Positions 1 to 8,278 of a DNA stretch of 64,000 nucleotides are shown here, piece by piece (the first letter of the stretch is position 1; each line of letters opens with the position of its first letter). The position numbers were made by a program, and so were the translations under genes. The DNA is from Cyanophyceae cyanobacterium (GTDB lineage Bacteria; Cyanobacteriota; Cyanobacteriia; Cyanobacteriales; JBHJGN01). Location of the stretch: the NCBI GenBank assembly GCA_050331735.1, contig JBHJGN010000019.1, positions 32,001-96,000 of the forward strand. Reading direction: 5' to 3'. Under the pieces are notes generated by a model. The model saw only the letters and a program-made list of their open reading frames with translations. It was not told where the DNA came from and made no database searches.

Positions 1-304
1 ATTTGAAGTCGAACGAGAAACAGTCTCGACGGAATTTACCAGCTTTCCTAGAGACATGATCTTTGAGCAAGACCCAGTACAGATCCTTGACTCTCTGCTG
101 CCGCTCTACCTCAACAACCAGCTATTGCGGGCGCTGCAAGAATCAGCGGCTAGCGAATTAGCCGCTCGAATGACGGCAATGAATAACGCAAGCGACAACG
201 CGACTGAGCTCATTGGTACGCTCACGCTGTCTTACAACAAAGCGCGACAGGCATCCATTACGCAAGAAATTTTGGAAGTTGTGGCTGGTTCTGAAGCTCT
301 CTAG
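1..304 (+). CDS. atpG: ATP synthase F1 gamma subunit, C-terminal part (runs off window start)
   Basis: [47 protein letters not shown]...[19 protein letters not shown] is the conserved gamma C-terminus (called atpC in cyanobacterial nomenclature). Confidence 0.97.
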   Translation, partial: FEVERETVSTEFTSFPRDMIFEQDPVQILDSLLPLYLNNQLLRALQESAASELAARMTAMNNASDNATELIGTLTLSYNKARQASITQEILEVVAGSEAL

Positions 305-380
305 CTCTGAGTTGATTGGTTTGGGTTGCGAAGCGTCTAAATATTTAGGCGCTTTTTCATAGCTTGTGAACGCAATCAAT

Positions 381-409
381 AAAAAACCCCAGCGTCTAAA
401 ACTGGGGTT
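381..409 (-). terminator. Intrinsic terminator hairpin (T-tract on minus strand; possibly bidirectional)
   Basis: AAAAAACCCCAG-cgtctaaaa-CTGGGGTT stem-loop with A6 on plus (U6 on minus). Confidence 0.6.
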
Positions 410-515
410 AGGAAGTTGACAGCATGCTACAGAGCCTTATGAGCTTAAATATTACAGACAAAACGTGAAGAACTCGAAGCCTGACGAAAAAAACTGAATT
501 GAGGCTCTTTTGATG

Positions 516-767
516 TCAGTGCTTTCGCTGCTGACTGGCAATTTTCAGTTCCCGTTCGCAGGACTGATAATCTCCATTGCCCCAATCGTCTACTTGCAGT
601 AGCTCAACCAAGGCTCTAATGCGGTTGGCGTGTCTGACGCTCTCGACGGCTGCCGTCTGATGTTGACGCAGAATCTATTTTTGGAGGGCTTCGTCTTTTT
701 CGGCAAAGAAAATGTCGTTTTGCAGCAGCTTGAGGAGGTAGGCAGGATGGCAAAAGCTTTTGATCTT
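516..767 (-). pseudogene. Possible gene remnant with in-frame TAG, truncated by MITE-like element
   Basis: Frame reads ...HPAYLLKLLQNDIFFAEKDEALQK*ILRQHQTAAVESVRHANRIRALVELLQVDDWG...RKH*; stop at 675-677; upstream part is repeat-derived. Confidence 0.35.
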
Positions 768-917
768 ATACCGATTAGAAAAAGTAATAGGAGACTTGAT
801 GAGTTGGGGGAAAGGGGAAGGGGGAAAGGGGAAAGGAAAGCACAGCAGCTCTTTGCCCTTGAACCTCCAATGCTTGGTTCGTTTGGGAACTATCTGACTC
901 CTTTCGGTAAATGGTAT
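768..917. mobile_element. ~150-bp MITE-like element, copy 1
   Basis: Ends ATACCGATTAGAAAAAGT ... CTTTCGGTAAATGGTAT (imperfect terminal inverted repeats), internal GGGGAAA heptamers; colinear homologue at 63705-63855. Confidence 0.65.
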
Positions 918-952
918 TACTCCGTAAGAGAAACCGCTCGCTTCGGCGACGG

Positions 953-1010
953 TAAAGAGCATCTAAGGAACTTACAATCTTTAAAGAGCATCTAAGGAAC
1001 TTACAATCTT
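953..1010 (+). repeat. Perfect 29-bp tandem duplication
   Basis: TAAAGAGCATCTAAGGAACTTACAATCTT at 953-981 and 982-1010. Confidence 0.9.
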
Positions 1011-1096
1011 TGGGGTTTCCGTGTGGTAGCGACGGATTTGAGCGATACTGAGGGCGATCGCTTTCTTCTGCAACTGTTCAATAGAAAGAATCTTCG

Positions 1097-2578
1097 TTAA
1101 CCGTAGCGGCGACAGTTATCGCAGTGACCGCACTGAAATCCTTCTTGGGGCAGACCGAAAGCCGCGAGTAAAAACTGCCAGCGGCACTGTCTGGTGGTGA
1201 AATAGCGAGCTGTTTGGCTGCGTAGCTGTTTCTGCCGGGTGCGTAGCTGAGTGAGGGGTGCGGTGATGTTAGGACATCGCCGATAGTGAAACGGATCTTC
1301 CCACTCTAACTGACCTGTACTGTGTAATAGAGCCAGGGCCATTTCGCCTCCTCGCCCAGCAACCGAGTCAAGATCTCCTTGCTGGGGCAATTGGCGAACA
1401 ATTTTCTGCGCCTGCTGGTACTGTTTCTCTAGCCTGTCGGTGAAGAACTGAGTACGTTGTTTGTCTTCTGGGTTGAGCCATCCTGTCGGTTCGCTCACAA
1501 TGGTTAACGCCTGGGCGGTTTGTCCGTCTCTGCCGCCTCTACCAATTTCTTGCAGATACTCAGATAGGAGCATTGGCGGTTGAAAATGAGCCACCCAACG
1601 AACATTGGGCTTGTTAACCCCCATGCCAAAAGCCGACGTGCAAACCACGAACTGTACGACGTTTTTCAGCCAATCTGCTTCAATTTGCCGGCGTTCTTCT
1701 GCTCCCAAGCCGGCATGATAAGCAGCGGTTGAATACTGAGAGCCAAACCACTGAGCGAGGGCTTCGGCGTCTCGACGAGAACGAACATAAATCAAGCCAG
1801 ATTGCTGTCCTTGCCCTTTGACAAACTTAAAAAGTAAATGACGGCGACATCTGGGAGTCCAGGCTACTTTGACCTCAAGCTCGAGATTCGGGCGATAGGG
1901 ACTCGCTACAAAGCGCTGTGGAGACTGTAGCTGTAGGGTTTCTTGAATAATTTTTTGAGCCGTCGGTTCTGCCGTTGCTGTAAAGGCGGCGATCGCGATT
2001 TGCGTTCCTGCTGGTTTATGCTGAAGCAGGGCAGGGCGAACTGCCCCTAAACGCCGGTACGCCGGACGAAAAGTCGTTCCCCAATCTACTAAACAATGAG
2101 CTTCATCTAAAATTAAGCCGTTGATTTTTACCTGTGGCCGCTTTAAGCGGTCCCAAATAGGACGACTGAGTAGCGTTTCTGGCGAGAGATAGAGCAACTT
2201 TAATTGCTGCTGTTCTAGGGCCCGTAAGGTTAAAAAACGCTGCTGCCGAGGAAGTTCACTGTGAAGAAGCGCCGTGCGCTGCTGAGGATTGGGCAGCGGC
2301 TGAAGAGCCGCCCGGAGACGCTGCTGTAGTTCTGTGATCTGATTTTCCATCAAAGCCACTAGAGGAGAAACTACTAGCGTCAAACCGTCCTGCAGTATGG
2401 CGGGAAGCTGAAAGCAAAGCGATTTGCCACCCCCCGTCGGGAGCACAATCAGCCCATCTTCTGCTGCTAACAGACAGCGAATTATTTGATCTTGGGGCGG
2501 ACGAAACTCCTCATATCCCCAAATCTGACGAAAAGCAGCGCGGACGTGATGCCAGTCCTCAGCTCGTGAGTTAGTCAC
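1097..2578 (-). CDS. recQ: RecQ family ATP-dependent DNA helicase
   Basis: LPTGGGKSLCFQLP, DEAHC, YHAGL, QEIGRGGRDG and C-terminal Zn-binding CRW...CGHCDNC motifs. Confidence 0.93.
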   Translation of the reverse strand: MTNSRAEDWHHVRAAFRQIWGYEEFRPPQDQIIRCLLAAEDGLIVLPTGGGKSLCFQLPAILQDGLTLVVSPLVALMENQITELQQRLRAALQPLPNPQQRTALLHSELPRQQRFLTLRALEQQQLKLLYLSPETLLSRPIWDRLKRPQVKINGLILDEAHCLVDWGTTFRPAYRRLGAVRPALLQHKPAGTQIAIAAFTATAEPTAQKIIQETLQLQSPQRFVASPYRPNLELEVKVAWTPRCRRHLLFKFVKGQGQQSGLIYVRSRRDAEALAQWFGSQYSTAAYHAGLGAEERRQIEADWLKNVVQFVVCTSAFGMGVNKPNVRWVAHFQPPMLLSEYLQEIGRGGRDGQTAQALTIVSEPTGWLNPEDKQRTQFFTDRLEKQYQQAQKIVRQLPQQGDLDSVAGRGGEMALALLHSTGQLEWEDPFHYRRCPNITAPLTQLRTRQKQLRSQTARYFTTRQCRWQFLLAAFGLPQEGFQCGHCDNCRRYG

Positions 2579-2891
2579 GCTTCACCCCTATCTTGCTCGG
2601 ACTAGTGCTGTTATAACCTCTCATGCTAAATATTTCTACAGTCAACAAACGGTTATCCCATCGAGTCTCTCTTCAGTATTGAGAGCGAGGGAATTAACTC
2701 TTTGGCGTCTCTCAAAGCATCTGAAGTTAAAATATAACCATTGTTCATCACTAAAGTGTGGCTAGTATCATAAGATTCATAGGCGATCGCTCGGTCCAGC
2801 AATAATAGAGCTGAGTCCTTTGACGTAAAAAGGCTCGCTCACCTACCACTTTTTAACTTTCAATCCGTTCCTCGCTTCTGATTCAACGACT

Positions 2892-3824
2892 ATGCTGCCA
2901 GTTATTTACTCCGACGACTTTCTCAAGCACAACACCGGCTATGCTCATCCCGAACGACCAGCGCGTTTGACGGCCATTGTCGAGGCCCTTAGAAATACGC
3001 CTTGGGCTAGTCAAATTGATTGGCAAGTCCCCACGCCGACCGCAGCGCGGGACGTTATGCCGATGCTCCAGAAAATCCACACTCAGGAGCACATTGAGCG
3101 AGTGCAGCGTCTGGCCCAAAGGGGAGGAGGTCGGCTGGATCTAGATACTCCCGTCTCTCCTCACAGTTACGACGTGGCTTTACTAGCAGTGAGCGCTTGG
3201 CTCGATGGTGTTGATCGAGTATTAGAGAGTAACAGTCCGGCCTTCGTGCTAGCGCGTCCCCCTGGACACCACGCTACCAGAGAGACCGGCATGGGATTTT
3301 GTCTGTTTGCTAACGCCGCGATCGCCGCCCACTATGCCCTCGAACAGCCCGGAGTGGATCGAGTTGCGATTCTCGACTGGGACGTACATCACGGTAACGG
3401 CACCGAGGCGATTGTCGAGGACAACCCTCAAATCGCCTACTGCTCGCTGCACCAGTCTCCCTGCTACCCCGGAACCGGACGGGACAGCGATCGCGGCCAC
3501 CACAACAACGTCCTCAATCTGCCCCTGCGAGCAGGCAGCACCTTGGCCGAGTACGAGCAGGCGTTTGAGCATCAGGTTATTCCCTTTATTGCCCAATTTG
3601 AGCCGGATCTCCTGATCGTCAGCGCTGGCTACGATGCTAACCACGACGACCCGCTCGCTGGGATGTCTTTACAGCCAAAAGACTACGGCGTGTTTACCCA
3701 GTATTGTCTGAAGCTAACTCGCCGCATTCTCTTTGGGCTAGAAGGAGGATACGATTTGGCCGCCCTAGCAGATTCAGCGATCGCGACTATAGCAAACTGC
3801 TTAAGCGAGGGCAAGCCGCTCTAG
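2892..3824 (+). CDS. Histone deacetylase family protein
   Basis: HPERPARL, RPPGHHA, GFCLF, DWDVHHGNGT, SAGYD, LEGGY motifs. Confidence 0.93.
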   Translation: MLPVIYSDDFLKHNTGYAHPERPARLTAIVEALRNTPWASQIDWQVPTPTAARDVMPMLQKIHTQEHIERVQRLAQRGGGRLDLDTPVSPHSYDVALLAVSAWLDGVDRVLESNSPAFVLARPPGHHATRETGMGFCLFANAAIAAHYALEQPGVDRVAILDWDVHHGNGTEAIVEDNPQIAYCSLHQSPCYPGTGRDSDRGHHNNVLNLPLRAGSTLAEYEQAFEHQVIPFIAQFEPDLLIVSAGYDANHDDPLAGMSLQPKDYGVFTQYCLKLTRRILFGLEGGYDLAALADSAIATIANCLSEGKPL

Positions 3825-3916
3825 ATGATGTTGAAGGCGCGAAAGCCAAAGTACAAGCCTAGGGCGAGCACGGTATAAACCAAAATAATGCCAGCAAAAG
3901 AAACGACAGCAGCCAT
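3821..3916 (-). CDS. petL: Cytochrome b6f complex subunit VI (PetL), 31 aa, not in ORF track
   Basis: MAAVVSFAGIILVYTVLALGLYFGFRAFNII*: single TM helix with PetL-type GL.FG.R..II end; GAGGAAG RBS-like sequence upstream; divergent from aroB. Confidence 0.85.
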   Translation of the reverse strand: MAAVVSFAGIILVYTVLALGLYFGFRAFNII

Positions 3917-3991
3917 TGCTAAACTTCCTCAATAAACTAAAAACAGGTACTTTGATATTGTATGGGGTGATCCCCGCGCCCTCAAGTACCG

Positions 3992-5116
3992 ATGGTAAAT
4001 TCTATGCACTCTATCTCCGTCAATCTTCCCCAAAACGCCTATCGGGTGGCGCTCGCTCCCGGCAGTATCAACGAACTCGGCAAACATCTTCGTTGTCTAC
4101 AGCTCGGGCAAAAAGTGCTGCTCGTTTCTAATCGAGAGATTTTCAACTACTACGGGGAACAGGCGCTAGCTTCCCTCAAAGACGCTGGCTTTGACAGCTC
4201 GATCCACATCATTCCGGCAGGCGAACCCTACAAAACCCTCGACTCGATCCAAAAACTCTACGATACCGCCATCGACAATCAGCTCGAGCGTTCTTCGACT
4301 CTTGTCGCTCTAGGAGGCGGCGTAATTGGGGATATGACGGGTTTTGCAGCGGCAACCTGGCTCAGAGGAGTCAACTTTGTGCAGGTTCCTACTTCTCTGC
4401 TGGCGATGATCGATGCGGCGATTGGCGGAAAAACGGGCGTGAATCATCCTCAAGGTAAAAATCTGATCGGAGCTTTCTACCAGCCGCGACTGGTCTTGAT
4501 CGATCCGACGGTCTTAAAAACGCTTCCAGAACGCGAGTTTCGCGCTGGGATGGCAGAAGTGGTTAAGTACGGAGTGATTTGGGATGCCGAGCTGTTCGCT
4601 CAGCTAGAGCAGGCAGAGAGTCTTGACACCTTAAGCACCATTAGCAAGGAACTGTTACAAACAATTATTATTCGTTCCTGTCAGGCTAAAGCGGATGTGG
4701 TCAGTCAAGACGAAAAAGAAGCGGGACTGCGGGCGATCCTCAACTATGGTCACACCGTTGGTCACGCCGTTGAAAGCTTGACGGGCTATCGCTTAGTGGT
4801 TCATGGCGAAGCGGTTGCCATTGGCATGGCGGTAGCGGGAGAAATTGCCGTGCAGATGGATCTGTGGAGCGAGCAAGCGGCTCAGCGGCAGCAGCGCCTG
4901 CTGCAAAAAGCGGGATTACCGACCGAAGTTCCGGCTCAGCTAGCTCCGGAAGCCATTATCGACGCTTTACAGTCTGACAAAAAAGTAAAAGCCGGGAAAG
5001 TCCGCTTTGTGCTGCCTACTCAAATTGGGTCAGCGATTGTGAGCGATCGCGTTTCAGCCGTAACAATTCGACAAGCTCTCCAAGCCCATAGGTGTGCAGC
5101 TTCAGCCTATAATTAG
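3992..5116 (+). CDS. aroB: 3-dehydroquinate synthase
   Basis: [49 protein letters not shown]. Confidence 0.96.
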   Translation: MVNSMHSISVNLPQNAYRVALAPGSINELGKHLRCLQLGQKVLLVSNREIFNYYGEQALASLKDAGFDSSIHIIPAGEPYKTLDSIQKLYDTAIDNQLERSSTLVALGGGVIGDMTGFAAATWLRGVNFVQVPTSLLAMIDAAIGGKTGVNHPQGKNLIGAFYQPRLVLIDPTVLKTLPEREFRAGMAEVVKYGVIWDAELFAQLEQAESLDTLSTISKELLQTIIIRSCQAKADVVSQDEKEAGLRAILNYGHTVGHAVESLTGYRLVVHGEAVAIGMAVAGEIAVQMDLWSEQAAQRQQRLLQKAGLPTEVPAQLAPEAIIDALQSDKKVKAGKVRFVLPTQIGSAIVSDRVSAVTIRQALQAHRCAASAYN

Positions 5117-5330
5117 TCCGGTGCGGGACGGGGAAATCGTTCCTGTCGGAACGGGGAAAGGGGAAAGGGAAATTAGTCCGGTGCGGGACGGGGCAAGAAT
5201 ATGGGTCTAGAGAACAAACTGATTCATTCTCCCCTTACCCTTTGCCCTTTTCCCCAGCAGCTTCGCTGCTTTGCCCTGCGCCGGTGGCGCTTTCCCTTTT
5301 CCCGTTGCGCAGCAACTTTCCCCTTCCGTA
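5111..5330. repeat. Modular GGGGAAA-heptamer/micro-hairpin dispersed repeat
   Basis: TCCGGTGCGGGACGGGG, GTTCCTGTCGGAAC, GCAGCTTCGCTGC, GTTGCGCAGCAAC modules shared with 7211-7420 and 12091-12325; 23-bp direct repeat at 5111-5133/5171-5193. Confidence 0.75.
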
Positions 5331-5348
5331 TAGCCCTGAAAATGAACA

Positions 5349-5882
5349 ATGGTTTTACTGCGCCTGTCACGAATTATTGATACCGTCAACGAATGGCTCG
5401 GTCGCCTCCTCTGTTGGCTGGTTCTGTTCATGGTTCTGGTCGGAGCCTGGAACGTTGTTGGGCGCTATCTAGGGCGCTTTCTAGGACGCAATCTGACATC
5501 GAACGGCCTGATTGAGCTGCAGTGGTACTTATTTGCTCTGGTGTTTCTACTGGGGGCGGCCTATACTCTAAAGCACAACGAACACGTCCGGGTTGATATT
5601 TTTTATAAAGGATGGAGCCGCAAGCGTAAAGCCTTGGCAAACCTTATCGGGACGCTGCTGTTTCTCATTCCCTTCTCTGTCTTGGTAATTTATTTCTCTT
5701 GGGAAACCGTCGCTAACTCCTGGAGACTGTTAGAGGTTTCTCCCGATCCAGATGGTCTGCCACGTTACCCGATAAAATCGGCAATGATTGTGAGCTTCGT
5801 CTTGCTTATTTTGCAGGGTCTGTCCGAGGCAATCAAAAGCTGGGCAATTTTAAGAGAGTCGCAGGAGGAACACCACCCGTGA
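5349..5882 (+). CDS. TRAP transporter small permease (DctQ-type)
   Basis: 4 TM segments, ELQWYLF...GAAYTL...HVRVDIFY motif; overlaps start of the large permease. Confidence 0.9.
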   Translation: MVLLRLSRIIDTVNEWLGRLLCWLVLFMVLVGAWNVVGRYLGRFLGRNLTSNGLIELQWYLFALVFLLGAAYTLKHNEHVRVDIFYKGWSRKRKALANLIGTLLFLIPFSVLVIYFSWETVANSWRLLEVSPDPDGLPRYPIKSAMIVSFVLLILQGLSEAIKSWAILRESQEEHHP

Positions 5883-7210
5883 TTGATTGGTTAGGTCCGG
5901 GGATGTTTGCCGGGGCCTTGGTCATGCTGTCTGTAGGCTATCCGGTGGCGTTTTCTCTTGGGGGAGTCGCGATTGTCTTTGGGGTGCTTGGTACGACATT
6001 CGGTGTTTTCGATCCGATTTTTCTAACCGCAATGCCGGGGCGGATCTTCGGCATTATGTCCAACTATACGCTGTTGGCAATTCCCTATTTTATTTTTCTG
6101 GGCTCGATGCTGGAAAAAACCGGTATTGCCGAGAGACTGCTCGAAACAATGGGGATTCTCTTTGGTCGGGTCCGTGGAGGCTTAGCGCTGGCGGTGGTGA
6201 TTGTGGGAGCTTTACTGGCGGCTTCAACGGGCGTGGTGGCGGCGACGGTAGTGGCGATGGGATTAATTTCTCTGCCGATTATGCTGCGCTATGGCTACAG
6301 TAAAGAACTAGCGGCGGGCGTCATTGTGGCTTCGGGAACTTTAGGGCAGATTATTCCGCCTAGCGTTGTGTTAGTGGTGCTAGGCGATCAGTTAGGCATT
6401 TCGGTGGGAGATTTGTTTATTGGGTCGCTGATTCCGGGTTTGTTAATGGCTGGAGCCTTTGCCGTTCACGTCCTGATTGTCTCGTATCTTAAACCTGAAG
6501 TCGCTCCGGCACTGCCAATAGAGGTACGCAAAATTGGTGGAAAAGATCTGGTGCAGAGGGTCTTGGCTGTCATGATTCCGCCGCTGCTGTTGATCTTGCT
6601 GGTGTTGGGCAGCATCTTTTTTGGCATTGCTACACCGACAGAAGCAGGGGCGGTGGGGTCTTTAGGAGCGATCGCGTTAGCGGCGCTCAGCGGCCAGTTG
6701 AGCTGGAGTGCGCTCAAACAAGTCTGCGATGCCACCCTAAAAATTACCACGATGGTCGTTTTTATTCTGATTGGTTCCACCGCGTTTAGTCTAGTGTTTC
6801 GCGGGTTGAACGGCGATCGCTTGATGTTCGATCTCCTGGCGAACTTACCGGGAGGTCAGACGGGCTTTCTGCTGGTGAACATGCTAGTCATTTTCATCCT
6901 CGGCTTCTTTATCGATTTTTTTGAAATTGCATTTATTGTCATTCCTATCTTCGCTCCGGTTGCTGAAGCCCTCGGACTGGATTTAGTCTGGTACGGAGTG
7001 ATCCTCGGAGCAAATCTGCAAACCTCTTTTCTAACCCCTCCTTTCGGCTTTGCTCTATTTTATCTGCGCGGAGTCGCCCCCCCTGAAGTCAGCACCGAAG
7101 ACATTTATCGAGGCGCAATTCCATTTATACTGCTCCAGTTATTGATTCTCGCGCTCATTATTGCTTTCCCCAGCATTGTCAGCTTCCTGCCGTCTTTAAG
7201 CCTACAATAG
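5879..7210 (+). CDS. TRAP transporter large permease (DctM-type)
   Basis: LLAIPYFIFLG, GTLGQIIPPS, ATPTEAGAVG, SFLTPPFG motifs. Confidence 0.93.
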   Translation: MIDWLGPGMFAGALVMLSVGYPVAFSLGGVAIVFGVLGTTFGVFDPIFLTAMPGRIFGIMSNYTLLAIPYFIFLGSMLEKTGIAERLLETMGILFGRVRGGLALAVVIVGALLAASTGVVAATVVAMGLISLPIMLRYGYSKELAAGVIVASGTLGQIIPPSVVLVVLGDQLGISVGDLFIGSLIPGLLMAGAFAVHVLIVSYLKPEVAPALPIEVRKIGGKDLVQRVLAVMIPPLLLILLVLGSIFFGIATPTEAGAVGSLGAIALAALSGQLSWSALKQVCDATLKITTMVVFILIGSTAFSLVFRGLNGDRLMFDLLANLPGGQTGFLLVNMLVIFILGFFIDFFEIAFIVIPIFAPVAEALGLDLVWYGVILGANLQTSFLTPPFGFALFYLRGVAPPEVSTEDIYRGAIPFILLQLLILALIIAFPSIVSFLPSLSLQ

Positions 7211-7420
7211 CGAAAGCGCCGCAGGCGCGGGGCAAGCAGCGAAGCTGCTTGGGGAACAGGAAGCCGCTGACGCAGCGGGAAAAGGGGAAAAAGTTGCTCC
7301 GCAACGGGTAAGGGGGAAGGGAATAATGAATCAGTTTATGCCTTAGTTCTGTGGTCTTTGCCCGTCCCGGAGGGACAAATTTCCCTTTTCCCTTCTCCCG
7401 TCGCCCAGCGACTTCCCCTT
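7211..7420. repeat. Modular heptamer/micro-hairpin dispersed repeat (inverted relative to 12091-12325)
   Basis: Reverse complement contains GTCCCTCCGGGACGGGCAAAGACCACAGAACTAAGGCATAAACTGATTCATT and GTTGCGGAGCAAC, matching the 12.1-kb copy. Confidence 0.78.
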
Positions 7421-7436
7421 TTCGGACTCTCTAGAA

Positions 7437-8111
7437 ATGATTCATCGACTACCACCGATTCGTAACGTCAAGCTGCTCAATCAGGCTCTTACTCATCGCT
7501 CTTACGTCAATGAACATGCAGAAGCAGAGGCAGACAATGAACGCTTAGAATTTCTAGGGGATGCTGTCCTAGGCTTTATCGTTGGCGAACTGCTTTTTCG
7601 GCGCTATCCTCAGATGAACGAAGCTGAATTAACTCGGCTGCGCTCTAAACTAGTGGATGAGAAACAGTTGAGTCAGTTAGCTCAAGATTTGGGTCTAGGG
7701 GAGAAGATCCGATTAGGAAAAGGGGCGCAACGGGACGGGGCCAGGGAAAGCTCGGCATTGCTCAGTGATACCTTTGAGGCAATTATTGGAGCCTATTTCT
7801 TAGAATCTGGCGTTGAAGCCGTTCGCAACTATATAGAGCTTCTCTATCAATCGGTGGATTATTTTCAGGCAGATGGGTCAGTAAAATCCCTCATTGACTT
7901 CAAAAATCGGTTTCAGCAGTGGGCTTTGGCAAATGTGGGAGAAAATCCTTGCTATAGGATTATTAATGAATCTGGACCAGACCATGCTAAAGAGTTTACA
8001 GCGCAAGTATGCGTTCAGGGAGTTGTTTATGGGGTGGGTCAGGGTCGCCGCAAACAAGAAGCTCAAAAGCAAGCAGCAGAGGAAGCGTTGAAGCGGTTGG
8101 GGCTAGAGTAG
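7437..8111 (+). CDS. rnc: Ribonuclease III
   Basis: ALTHRSY, NERLEFLGDAVL signature, C-terminal dsRBD. Confidence 0.95.
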   Translation: MIHRLPPIRNVKLLNQALTHRSYVNEHAEAEADNERLEFLGDAVLGFIVGELLFRRYPQMNEAELTRLRSKLVDEKQLSQLAQDLGLGEKIRLGKGAQRDGARESSALLSDTFEAIIGAYFLESGVEAVRNYIELLYQSVDYFQADGSVKSLIDFKNRFQQWALANVGENPCYRIINESGPDHAKEFTAQVCVQGVVYGVGQGRRKQEAQKQAAEEALKRLGLE

Positions 8112-8278
8112 GCGGGGCCCATGAGTAGCACCTCCAACAGAACTGAAAATAAGAAAAGGCTAATCGTTTCCCTATTAGAGAGGGGTCTTCTCTAGATTTT
8201 GCCCAAAGCCGAGTCAATGTCAATCTTTCAACCCTGGTGGGGAACAATAAGCTTAATTATTTTCTGCTGCGATCGACG

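Noticed and set aside
630..995. ORFs 630-995 (+) and the N-terminal part of 675-962 (-)
   Set aside because: Translate through the MITE and heptamer repeats (GRGKGERK / FPFPFPP); not credible genes
953..1010. Possible CRISPR repeats (29-bp; also 37-bp at 61384 and 23-bp at 5111)
   Set aside because: Only two copies each, two of them with no spacer; no cas genes
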